Assembly: GCA_024654535.1 (NCBI GenBank)
Contig: JANLHL010000045.1
Span: 1 to 63,001, forward strand
From: Candidatus Roizmanbacteria bacterium
GTDB taxonomy: Bacteria; Patescibacteriota; Microgenomatia; UBA1406
Direction of reading: 5' to 3'
Length of the DNA: 63,001 nucleotides
In this document: positions 54,691 to 62,756 of the stretch, piece after piece
Position numbering within the stretch: position 1 is the first letter of the stretch
Layout of the letters: each line of letters opens with the position of its first letter
Translations under genes and position numbers: made by a program
Notes under the pieces: model-generated
Databases searched by the model: none
The model's input: the letters and a program-made list of their open reading frames with translations, nothing else
What the model was told of the DNA's origin: nothing

Positions 54691-55353
54691 TTATTTCCTA
54701 AAAGTGGTTTCTATCTTTCCTGCCTGATACCCATTTATCGTTTGTAATAATAAAGATGATTTCAGCTTTTCTACGGTAGCGTTAGATAAATTTTTAGCTT
54801 CAGGTACACTTTCCATTAAAGTGTTAAAACTGAAGTCAGAGTATTTTGATATGCAAAAATCCATTTCTTGAGATAGATCTTTTAGTGCCTTATCAAAGTC
54901 ATATCCTCTCCAAGTATCAATAAACTTATCTAATGAGAATGATCTGAAATTGTTTAGTTCTTCTTTATCATCTAGTAATGCTTCTGCTAACCAAAGTCTG
55001 TAACCACCCAATACAGTTGAAGTATAAACATTTTTTAATTCCTCAATAGTTTTGTAAGGCTGTTTGTTTAGCTCGTCCTTATTCTCTTGAATAAATGCCT
55101 CAAAGGCATTAACTGATAGTCGTTCTAGCAATTCCCAGATATATATAGAGGACAGGGCATTAAATCTCTTTCTGTCTTTGTCGTCAGCATTATATACTTC
55201 AACGAATTTTTCCCAAACTAAATCAAACTTACTTTTCTTTACCTTCGTCTCATCTTTTGTTGTTTCCCCAGATTGAGTATCTATCCTTGTTCCGCAATAC
55301 CGACAGAATTTACTATTCTCAGAATTGTGCTTACCACATTTATGACAATACAT
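54691..55353 (-). CDS. zinc-ribbon protein with uncharacterised helical C-terminal domain
   Basis: MYCHKCGKHNSENSKFCRYCG. The remaining ~185 aa have no recognised family. Confidence 0.62.
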   Translation of the reverse strand: MYCHKCGKHNSENSKFCRYCGTRIDTQSGETTKDETKVKKSKFDLVWEKFVEVYNADDKDRKRFNALSSIYIWELLERLSVNAFEAFIQENKDELNKQPYKTIEELKNVYTSTVLGGYRLWLAEALLDDKEELNNFRSFSLDKFIDTWRGYDFDKALKDLSQEMDFCISKYSDFSFNTLMESVPEAKNLSNATVEKLKSSLLLQTINGYQAGKIETTFRK

Positions 55354-55354
55354 A

Positions 55355-55549
55355 TTATTTAGAGTCCTTATTTTTAAGAAAGATATCTAGATTCTCCCTT
55401 TTTATTCTATATTGTTTTCCCGCCTTTACGGCTATAAGCTTTTCCGCTCGTACCCATCGATAAACAGTTAAATAGGCAACCTTTAAAGTTTTAGAGACTT
55501 CCTCTATGGAGTAATATTGGCTGTGTTTCATATTAGTTATATTTAACAT
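55355..55549 (-). CDS. excisionase-family (MerR-type) HTH DNA-binding protein
   Basis: YYSIEEVSKTLKVAYLTVYRWVRAEKLIAVKAGKQYRIKRENLDIFL is the typical Xis/AlpA-like HTH. Confidence 0.72.
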   Translation of the reverse strand: MLNITNMKHSQYYSIEEVSKTLKVAYLTVYRWVRAEKLIAVKAGKQYRIKRENLDIFLKNKDSK

Positions 55550-56672
55550 TGTTTAACATTTTGTCTTGAAAGTCAACTAGTTTTAATGGCTCAAACTTAT
55601 TTAAGTGTTCAAGAACTACTTTGAGTGGGCTTTGAGAAGTGGGTAGTTTTATCGCTTTTGCTTCTGCAATCAATCTATACCAGTTTCTCTGACCATACTT
55701 GCTAAACATATTTCTTAGTTCACGAGGTGTTGTGCTATCAAAAATTTGTTTTAGTCCATAGAGTTGTATTGTTTTGCGTATCCCAATGTTTGGATTGTTG
55801 ATTATAAGGTCAGCTAGCAATGACTTAGAGCTTGTTGGCTTGTAATCGAATAGGAGAAGACGCTTACTTTCAATCTCATCAAGATAGTGAATTAAGACTT
55901 GTTTTGCAATATCAGAGTTAAAAAGCTCCTTAAAGGTAAATACAGATTGTATACCTAGAGTTTTGAAGAGTTGTTTAATCTTTTGGCGTTTGTTAAGTCG
56001 TACTTCCATCCGCATTACCTCTAGTCGTTTTCTTTCTTTGAAAGTTTCAAAAAGATTGAGCTGTATAGAATTATCCTTTTCGATTGCTCGTTTTTCGCTT
56101 TTCTTAGCCATTTCGATATCTTTAATTTTGTCGTAAAAGGCTACTTCATAAGAATTAGCGTGCCATTTGTAGCTGTGTCCATCATTTCGGTAGTCTGTTT
56201 GATTTACATCTAGTGCCAATGAGATATTTGCTTGCTTAATCTTGCCAATTAAATAGTGAGGCGTTGTGCCGTCAGTTAGTGGGATATTTTTTGAATAGTG
56301 AATTGATGAAACAGGCGAGTTGACAAGAGTCTGGGTAAAAACAAGTACACCCATAGATTTCAGACGTAGTCTTAACTTTTCTACAATTTTTGGAAAATCT
56401 GTCTCTACGAGTTCATCAAAGTTATTACCAAATAGAAGTTTGGGTAAAGATAATTCTATAGAAAGAGTTGGCTCGAAACGTCCTGATATATTAAAACGTT
56501 TCGAAAGAGTAAGTCGAGGTTTATAAATACCATTTTCCAGCTCCGTTCTTGTAGGATTTTGAACCAATGTAAAAAACCCACGAGCGGCGTTCATTTTTTC
56601 TTTTTGAAATAACTTCATGTCTGCTATATGAAACATGTTTTTATCCAGTGTTAATTTGATTGTGTCCAACAT
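55533..56672 (-). CDS. replication-initiation-like protein (phage CRI / gene II-like)
   Basis: N-terminal MLDTIKLTL and LSLPKLLFGNNFDEL resemble rolling-circle initiators of the gene II/X family. Assignment is tentative. Confidence 0.5.
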   Translation of the reverse strand: MLDTIKLTLDKNMFHIADMKLFQKEKMNAARGFFTLVQNPTRTELENGIYKPRLTLSKRFNISGRFEPTLSIELSLPKLLFGNNFDELVETDFPKIVEKLRLRLKSMGVLVFTQTLVNSPVSSIHYSKNIPLTDGTTPHYLIGKIKQANISLALDVNQTDYRNDGHSYKWHANSYEVAFYDKIKDIEMAKKSEKRAIEKDNSIQLNLFETFKERKRLEVMRMEVRLNKRQKIKQLFKTLGIQSVFTFKELFNSDIAKQVLIHYLDEIESKRLLLFDYKPTSSKSLLADLIINNPNIGIRKTIQLYGLKQIFDSTTPRELRNMFSKYGQRNWYRLIAEAKAIKLPTSQSPLKVVLEHLNKFEPLKLVDFQDKMLNNVKYN

Positions 56673-56967
56673 ACATTTTTGTTACATCTTCAAACTTTTT
56701 AATTACCGCCCTTTCAATTTGTTGTGCTACATCTTTGTTTATCGGATGGAAAACATTAAAACTACTGTTTGTTGTTTTTCGAGTAGGGTATGTCAAACGA
56801 TACCCGCCCTCTGGTCTTGTGTAAATACCAATAGAGCCCAAATATAGGCAACCGTCAAATACCAAGCTTGCAAACCCTACTAACCCGTTACTGGGCTTAA
56901 CAGGTACTATCTGTAATTCAGTTATTCTGTCTTTCATATGATTTATTTCTTTTTTTTCTTTGGTCAA
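56641..56967 (-). CDS. spoVG: SpoVG family nucleic-acid-binding protein
   Basis: ITELQIVPVKPSNGLVGFASLVFDGCLYLGSIGIY...YPTRK...FHPIN aligns with the B. subtilis SpoVG core, including HPIN. The start may be the ATG at 56937. Confidence 0.75.
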   Translation of the reverse strand: MTKEKKEINHMKDRITELQIVPVKPSNGLVGFASLVFDGCLYLGSIGIYTRPEGGYRLTYPTRKTTNSSFNVFHPINKDVAQQIERAVIKKFEDVTKMYVGHNQINTG

Positions 56968-57085
56968 TTTCTATAAGTATGGAAAAAAAGTCAGTGAATT
57001 TTTTTAACTCATCAGCAGGCAAAACACGTTTGTTTGTAAGTGGCGTTTGGTTCTGCTCTACTGGAAGTGTAACCTTCGTTTTCAT
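56918..57085 (-). CDS. 55-aa hypothetical protein (below the ORF-track cutoff)
   Basis: Hand-translated: MKTKVTLPVEQNQTPLTNKRVLPADELKKFTDFFSILIEIDQRKKRNKSYERQNN. Fills the gap upstream of spoVG. Confidence 0.3.
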   Translation of the reverse strand: MKTKVTLPVEQNQTPLTNKRVLPADELKKFTDFFSILIEIDQRKKRNKSYERQNN

Positions 57086-57164
57086 TGATTAAAGATTAGG
57101 ACTTAGGGTTAAGAAAGTATGTGTCTGGAGCTATTGAGTAACAGTAGTTACCAACAATTCACTG

Positions 57165-57851
57165 TTACGAGAGAATTTTTTTATATCTGTGATATAAAGT
57201 TTTCATGTAGTCTTCGTTTATTCTTCCGATTTCATCATCAGGATAATCTTTACTTAATATGTCGGCGATCTGAGCAAACGACTTTTGTTTTTTACGAAGT
57301 CCACATATTTTTTTTGCGAGGTCTAAAGTTGGAATATTTCTAACTTTAATTTTTGGCAATGTTTGTAAAATTGCAGATATTTCATCCCATCTATTATTTA
57401 TAAAATTTAGAAATTCTGTCTTACCCATGTGGTTAAATATTTTAATATCAATGAATTTTTGTTCTTTATCAACCTCTTGTGTGATCTGAACTTCGGATAA
57501 ATATGGTGCATATTTTTTATTGCATATAATATACATTATGAGTGGTAGAAACCAACTCGAAACGGGTTCTATTTTTAGTTGTTTCATGAAATCTATTAAG
57601 TCCCCAGTAAGTTTAAGAACTTCATCTGTTGATAACCATTCATCAAATTGCTTAGTGTTCATTCCAGAAGGAGGGACACTATATTTGTCTCTATATAATT
57701 TTATTTTTTTTTGGAAACTATCTGATTTTAATAGTACACTCCATGCTCTTGCAGCTTTATTATTATTTAAGGGTTCAAAGGTGTCAGTGTCGTGGTAGTA
57801 ATCTAACCTATTTTGTTTCATTACATTTTCTATGGCAAATAAATTCTTCAA
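57165..57851 (-). CDS. hypothetical protein with C-terminal HTH-like segment
   Basis: 228 aa with LAKKICGLRKKQKSFAQIADIL near the C-terminus. Weak paralog of 41143-41961. Confidence 0.55.
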   Translation of the reverse strand: MKNLFAIENVMKQNRLDYYHDTDTFEPLNNNKAARAWSVLLKSDSFQKKIKLYRDKYSVPPSGMNTKQFDEWLSTDEVLKLTGDLIDFMKQLKIEPVSSWFLPLIMYIICNKKYAPYLSEVQITQEVDKEQKFIDIKIFNHMGKTEFLNFINNRWDEISAILQTLPKIKVRNIPTLDLAKKICGLRKKQKSFAQIADILSKDYPDDEIGRINEDYMKTLYHRYKKILS

Positions 57852-57892
57852 TTGTATTATAATTGATATTGTTACTCTAAGGTAGTAAATAT

Positions 57893-58432
57893 ATGGTCAA
57901 AAAAAATACAACGAAAACAAAAATGGACAAGACTACATCAGGAATAATCATTTACTTAATATCTTCTCTAAACGGAGTTCTCGGAAAAACACACCTTCAA
58001 AAGCTCATTTTTTTAGCAGATTTACTAGCCTCAAAGAAATTTAACAAACCTATCACCAAAATGAAGTATATTCGTTATACTCATGGACCATATTCACAGA
58101 GCCTTGGTGAGTATGTAAAGTGCTTAGTTTCAGGTAATTTCATAGAGGAAAGGCGGTTTCCTTTTATATCAAACCCCAATAAACGCTATTCTAGATTTTA
58201 CGACAAGAAAAAAACTGATGTGAAAAATTTTCTGGTAGAAAGTATTGGCGCAGAAAAAATGTTACTGATTGATGAAATCGTACAATCGTATGGCAACAAA
58301 AGCTTACAACAAGTATTGGATTTTGTTTATTCCTTAGAAGAAGTTAAAGACGCTAAATTTGACAGTCCTATTAAATTAGCTAAGGATATTAAGGTAAAAG
58401 ACGTGGAACCTACAGATGAAGTCCCATTTTAG
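57893..58432 (+). CDS. Panacea (DUF4065, SocA-like) domain antitoxin
   Basis: LGKTHLQKLIFLADLLASKKFNKPITKMKYIRYTHGPYS is the DUF4065 signature. Confidence 0.78.
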   Translation: MVKKNTTKTKMDKTTSGIIIYLISSLNGVLGKTHLQKLIFLADLLASKKFNKPITKMKYIRYTHGPYSQSLGEYVKCLVSGNFIEERRFPFISNPNKRYSRFYDKKKTDVKNFLVESIGAEKMLLIDEIVQSYGNKSLQQVLDFVYSLEEVKDAKFDSPIKLAKDIKVKDVEPTDEVPF

Positions 58433-58434
58433 GC

Positions 58435-58884
58435 ATGACACCAACTTTTTCTAAATGGGATATTGTATACCCTCTGAGATACCCCGAAACTATACTTTGT
58501 TCAAGTTGTCATAAATCTTTCACTATCAATCCACAACAATTATGCGAGCACTGTAATCACTCTAATCACGTCTCGAATGTTATAGCTAAAGTTCGTCCAA
58601 TGATACTTTGGATTGATAAAATAAGATGGTATGACAGTATGACCTTCGGAATACCCCTTTCTACGTCCGACTTTTTTTCCGATACCCATAACCAAGAGAT
58701 TAAAATAGAACACTGTATTTTTTTCGATAAAAGATACGAGAGCCCTATGAGGGCCGTCTTAGCTCAAGCAACAAGAACAGATGGTAATGTATTATTGGCA
58801 AAACATAAAGTTGGCCACATCGCAGACTCAACTATAAAAACGCAAATAGAAGAAAAGCTTTGGGTCTGGTTATTCGGGAGCTAA
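58435..58884 (+). CDS. MazF/PemK-fold toxin-like protein with inserted zinc ribbon
   Basis: Starts 3 nt after the antitoxin stop. Motifs in MazF order: WDIVY, KVRPMILW, GIPLSTS, AVLAQATRTDGNVL. A CSSC...CEHC insert lies between the first two motifs. Confidence 0.55.
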   Translation: MTPTFSKWDIVYPLRYPETILCSSCHKSFTINPQQLCEHCNHSNHVSNVIAKVRPMILWIDKIRWYDSMTFGIPLSTSDFFSDTHNQEIKIEHCIFFDKRYESPMRAVLAQATRTDGNVLLAKHKVGHIADSTIKTQIEEKLWVWLFGS

Positions 58885-58979
58885 AACGCTGGTGTAATAT
58901 TAAACGCCTCATAGAGCGTTTTGATAGATACTAAACTAACATCTAACTTAACTTTCCTTTTCCTAAATGCGTTTACCAA

Positions 58980-59004
58980 GGGGAGCCAGTTGGCACTTAA
59001 TATA
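58980..59004. repeat. 25-bp direct repeat copy 2 (GGGGAGCCAGTTGGCACTTAATATA)
   Basis: Identical to 37467-37491 and preceded by TACCAAG, which also precedes the junction at 62891. Confidence 0.8.
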
Positions 59005-59028
59005 ACCAAAATTTGGTAAAGTAAGATT

Positions 59029-59349
59029 ATGGACTTAAAACAATTAACCGCAAAAGCAAAAGAAGTTAAAGAGCTTTATTCAAAGCATAATGAAAAAAGT
59101 GGCGAGAAAACATGGAGTAACGCTGAATACGCCCAAGGTCTTGTTGGTGACGTAGGTGATTTAGTAAAACTCTTAATGGCTAAGAATAATTTTAGACATT
59201 ATGACAATCTTGATGAAAAAATTGCACATGAATTATCCGATTGTCTGTGGTCGATTCTAGTAATTGCTGACGATCTTAAAGTTGATTTAGAACCTGAGTT
59301 CGCTAATACAATGAATGAACTCAAAAAAAGAATTACTGACAATATGTAG
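59029..59349 (+). CDS. MazG-like nucleotide pyrophosphohydrolase
   Basis: EYAQGLVGDVGDLVKLLM...ELSDCLWSILVIADDLKVDLE is a small all-alpha MazG pattern. Confidence 0.72.
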   Translation: MDLKQLTAKAKEVKELYSKHNEKSGEKTWSNAEYAQGLVGDVGDLVKLLMAKNNFRHYDNLDEKIAHELSDCLWSILVIADDLKVDLEPEFANTMNELKKRITDNM

Positions 59350-59524
59350 TAACTTTCTCTATTTCCTCTCTGATTTGAGCTACAAGCCTAAAGTCAGAGA
59401 AAGCCTTGATAATACAAGCTAATTGCGTGGTTATATTAGTGTTACGATTCTCGAGCCAGTTGTCACTTAATATACCATGTTTAGCCTCATTGATAGCTTG
59501 GAGTGAAAGTGTGCCTAATTTCAA
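59333..59524 (-). pseudogene. 3' fragment of a recombinase-1-type serine recombinase gene with an intact tail
   Basis: The translation ..LQAINEAKHGILSDNWL matches recombinase 1 (LQVLNEAKLGILSANWL). It is followed by ENRNTNITTQLACIIKAFSDFRLVAQIREEIEKV, identical to the recombinase 2 tail. No catalytic domain is present. Confidence 0.7.
59350..59458. repeat. 109-bp near-identical repeat, copy 2
   Basis: Matches 51353-51461. Identity ends after GAGCCA at 59453-58. Confidence 0.8.
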
Positions 59525-59566
59525 GATTTATTTGTAAACCTCCAAATAATCTTGGATAATAAAATT

Positions 59567-60208
59567 ATGAAAAGCAAAAAAAGAAGTGTCCCGACTGGAT
59601 TGTTTGTTAGCTTGATTATTATTTTGGTTGTTTTCATCAGTTATTTTTATTTTCAAAGTTCGAAAAGTGTTAGTATTCAACCTGTATCTTCCATAACGAC
59701 TGATCAAACAGTAAATTGGAAAGAATATAAAAACGATCTATATACAATTAAATTTCCATGGACTAATGCGGAAGTTTTTGATCGGCCATCAATGCCCAAC
59801 TTTACACAAGGATTTCCATTTGGTAAACGGTATAAATCTTTAAAAATCGTTTCTCCAGGAGACTTAGCTGTTAGCTACTTAGAAATCCAAAGCTATATTA
59901 AAAATGATTATGGTAGCGATCATAAAAGTGTTATCAGTTCTATATTTTCGGATTATATAATTAGGTCGAATCAGCCTAAAAATATAGGAAAAATTACAGG
60001 AAACGAGTTTGTGATCACTAATCCAAAGTGGCCTAGAGTTAAAGAAAATGGAGGACTGCTAATGTTTGTTGTTGATTCAGGTAAATACACTCACTTTTTC
60101 TTTACGGGAGTTGATTATGAATTAGATAATCAGTCAAAACCAATATTGAAGGTAGATACACAAGAGGAGTTCGAGAATATTCTGTCAACGGTTGACTTAT
60201 TAGATTAA
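59567..60208 (+). CDS. membrane-anchored hypothetical protein
   Basis: ATG at 59567 (MKSKKRSV), one N-terminal TM helix, and an unknown extracytoplasmic domain. Confidence 0.5.
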   Translation: MKSKKRSVPTGLFVSLIIILVVFISYFYFQSSKSVSIQPVSSITTDQTVNWKEYKNDLYTIKFPWTNAEVFDRPSMPNFTQGFPFGKRYKSLKIVSPGDLAVSYLEIQSYIKNDYGSDHKSVISSIFSDYIIRSNQPKNIGKITGNEFVITNPKWPRVKENGGLLMFVVDSGKYTHFFFTGVDYELDNQSKPILKVDTQEEFENILSTVDLLD

Positions 60209-60304
60209 ATTAATTTTTCCTAGAGAGATGTTTTAAGACGAAGTCTGGCTGTGTGTTTGTTGCTAACTCTTCAAAATTATAGAACTTTCTATTTCCTTAA
60301 GTAC

Positions 60305-60333
60305 TTGAAATTTAGAAAGTCTCATGATACAAT
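60305..60333 (+). promoter_or_regulatory. sigma70-like promoter of the TrpR/YerC-like operon
   Basis: TTGAAA, a 17-nt spacer, then TACAAT, directly abutting the palindrome. Confidence 0.5.
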
Positions 60334-60359
60334 GCACTAATGTACTAGTACATTAGTGC
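60334..60359. promoter_or_regulatory. perfect 26-bp palindrome, candidate operator
   Basis: GCACTAATGTACT|AGTACATTAGTGC. The centre GTACTAGTAC resembles CTAG-centred TrpR operator half-sites. Lies 8 nt before the regulator ATG. Confidence 0.55.
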
Positions 60360-60367
60360 TAAACAAT

Positions 60368-60619
60368 ATGAAAAACAACAACATAAATGAACTAGTAGAA
60401 GCCTTTTTGCAGGCAAAAAACAAGGAAGATGCATTAGACTTATTAAAAGGGTTGCTAACAGCTAAGGAATTGGATGAAATAGCTCGTAGGCTTCAAATTG
60501 TAAAATTATTAAAGTCGGGCATGACCCAGCGTGAAATAGTAGATAAGCTTAATGTAGGTATAGCTACAGTTACCAAAGGATCAAAAGAACTAAAAACTGG
60601 AAGATTTAAAAAAATATGA
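60368..60619 (+). CDS. TrpR-like / YerC-YecD family regulator
   Basis: LLTAKELDEIARRLQIVKLLKSGMTQREIVDKLNVGIATVTKGSKEL. Confidence 0.78.
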   Translation: MKNNNINELVEAFLQAKNKEDALDLLKGLLTAKELDEIARRLQIVKLLKSGMTQREIVDKLNVGIATVTKGSKELKTGRFKKI

Positions 60620-61530
60620 AACAGACGGATCTAAGTTTGATTCCATATCTTCAATTAACTGCAGCAATGGCTATAGTGGGAAGTTCTATGGTGGTTGGTA
60701 AAATTATTACTTCTAGCTTCCCTGTATTTTTAGCTTCAGGACTAAGCCTCGGAATAGCGTCATTGATATTTGTATATTTATTGATTTTTTCTAAATACAG
60801 CATACCTAAACTTAACAAAAAGGATTTACTAGTTATCCTTTTACAGGCATTTTTGGGAACATTTATTTACAGAACATTATTGTTATACGGTTTAAGATAC
60901 ACAACCGCTATGCAATCCGGAATAATAACTAGCACAGGGCCTGCTGTTATAGGTGTACTTTCTTATCTTCTATTAAGAGAAAAAGTAACAAAGAATAAGC
61001 TGATAGGAATAATTTGTTCGGTCTTAGGTGTGTTGATAATCAATTTAAATACAGTTTCTGCAACATCCGAACAAAAAGCTGCTCTCTTATTGGGTTTTAG
61101 TTTAGTTTTTGGAAGTGTAATTGTAGAAGCCTTGTTTAGCGTTTTGGCTAAGATGGTGTCAACCAATGTGACCCCTCTAGTTATGGCGGCTTTTGTTACA
61201 TTTTTTAGTTTTGTTATGTTTTTGCCATTTTCAGTTTATGAAGGCTTAAGGTTTAATTATGCACAAACAAATATGGCCGATTGGGTTTCAATCGTCTATT
61301 ATGGTTTGTTTGTGACTGTTATTTCATTCCAATTATGGTTTAGGGGATTATCTAAGGTGGATGCGTCTGCTGCAGGAGTTTTTATGGGTGTAGTGCCAGT
61401 AAGTAGCCTTATATTAAGTTATTTTATACTGAAGGAGCCGTTTTATTTGTCCTACTTAGCTGGTGCGGCTTTTGTTATATTGGGTATATCGTTTATTTAC
61501 AAAAGTCACAAATATGAACCCAACAAATAA
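60616..61530 (+). CDS. DMT superfamily (EamA) transporter
   Basis: 10 TM helices in two EamA halves. ATGA overlap with the regulator gene. Confidence 0.85.
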   Translation: MKQTDLSLIPYLQLTAAMAIVGSSMVVGKIITSSFPVFLASGLSLGIASLIFVYLLIFSKYSIPKLNKKDLLVILLQAFLGTFIYRTLLLYGLRYTTAMQSGIITSTGPAVIGVLSYLLLREKVTKNKLIGIICSVLGVLIINLNTVSATSEQKAALLLGFSLVFGSVIVEALFSVLAKMVSTNVTPLVMAAFVTFFSFVMFLPFSVYEGLRFNYAQTNMADWVSIVYYGLFVTVISFQLWFRGLSKVDASAAGVFMGVVPVSSLILSYFILKEPFYLSYLAGAAFVILGISFIYKSHKYEPNK

Positions 61531-62230
61531 CACTAGAAAAATTGGCATTATTGGAGGAGTAGGCCCTCAGGCTACTCAGTTTATATATGGGAAGATAATT
61601 GAGTTATCACAGACCAAATACGGTGCTAAAAACAATGACGACTACCCGAAAATATTAATTGAAAGTGTCCCTGTGCCTGATTTTATTTCTGATACTTCCC
61701 AAATTGAAGTTGCAAAAAGGATGCTGATCAAATCTACCCAATCTTTAACTAGTGCGGGGGCAACAAGAATATGTATTGGTAGTAACACTGTCCATATTCT
61801 TCTTGAAGAATTACAAAAAAACACAGAAGTTAAGTTTATTTCGATGATCGAATTGGTAGCCAAGAAATGTGTTGAACTTGGTTTTAGTAAAGTAGGCTTG
61901 CTTGGAACGCCAGTTTTGATTAAATCAGGCTTATATGAGCAAGAAATGAAAAAACATGGAATTGAATTAGTTTTACCAACAGAAAATGAAAGTGAGATTG
62001 CAGACAGTATTATTCGTGATGTTCTTGCAGGTCAAAAGTCGTTTGATAAAAAGCAAGAATATATTGGGGCCTTAAATGATCTATTTAGTAGAGGTGCACA
62101 AACAATCATCTTGGGTTGTACCGAACTTCCGTTAGCGATTAACTACGAAGCCTTAGGTAATAGGACAATTAGTTCTGATGAGATTCTTGCCGAAGGTTTG
62201 GTTGACTATTACTACAATTCAAACGAATAA
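61514..62230 (+). CDS. aspartate/glutamate racemase family protein
   Basis: IGIIGGVGPQAT and ILGCTELP. The first catalytic-Cys position reads GSNTVH instead of CNTAH. Confidence 0.82.
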   Translation: MNPTNNTRKIGIIGGVGPQATQFIYGKIIELSQTKYGAKNNDDYPKILIESVPVPDFISDTSQIEVAKRMLIKSTQSLTSAGATRICIGSNTVHILLEELQKNTEVKFISMIELVAKKCVELGFSKVGLLGTPVLIKSGLYEQEMKKHGIELVLPTENESEIADSIIRDVLAGQKSFDKKQEYIGALNDLFSRGAQTIILGCTELPLAINYEALGNRTISSDEILAEGLVDYYYNSNE

Positions 62231-62234
62231 AATT

Positions 62235-62711
62235 ATGATTGAACAAATAGCACTTGACTACAGCGATGCTCTTAAGGCTCTCGACATCGAGCATAAAATT
62301 TTAGAACACCCGCACTTAGTTAACCCTGAAGAAGTTCAAGGATTTTTGGGTGAAACTGTCGCCGACTGTGTAGCCTCACTAGTCATGAAGGCTGATGACA
62401 AATTTGTAGTCATCCTCAAAAAAGGTGATGACCACTTAAACTTCAAGAAAATAAAGAAAACATTGGGAGTTGGTGATCTACGTTTTGCTACAAAAGAAGA
62501 ATTTACTGAAATTACGAAATTGCCTTTTGGTGCGGCTAGGATATACATCCAAGGATTAGACACATACATAGATCAGAGAGTTTTTGACAAAGAATATCTA
62601 AATGGTGGTACGGGTAGCTTTACTTGCACTTTTAAATATAAGACGGCTGATATGAAGAAAATCCCAGGGAGTACTGTCCTTGAGGTTTCGGATGAGCCTA
62701 GTTTTTTATAA
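62235..62711 (+). CDS. YbaK/EbsC-like aminoacyl-tRNA deacylase domain protein
   Basis: Size and blocks (KILEH...SLVMKADDKFVVILKKGDDHLNFKKIKK...GGTGS) fit the YbaK/ProX editing-domain family. Confidence 0.68.
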   Translation: MIEQIALDYSDALKALDIEHKILEHPHLVNPEEVQGFLGETVADCVASLVMKADDKFVVILKKGDDHLNFKKIKKTLGVGDLRFATKEEFTEITKLPFGAARIYIQGLDTYIDQRVFDKEYLNGGTGSFTCTFKYKTADMKKIPGSTVLEVSDEPSFL

Positions 62712-62756
62712 ATAAGTTAGCATTGAACTGCGACCGCTTGTTAATGAACTAGTTTA

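Larger units (their letters stand above)
51456..59004. mobile_element. integrative element B (~7.5 kb): serine recombinase 2, Zn-ribbon/protease trio, Xis-like, Rep-like, SpoVG, TA pair
   Basis: Bounded by GAGCCA-core junctions at 51456-61 and 58983-88. Has its own recombinase, excisionase-like HTH and Rep-like gene in one tight minus-strand operon. Confidence 0.5.

Noticed and set aside
59333-59524. 63-aa ORF called as an independent gene.
   Set aside because: Its sequence is the 3' end of a recombinase (body fragment plus tail) without any catalytic domain, so it is treated as a pseudogene/att relic.
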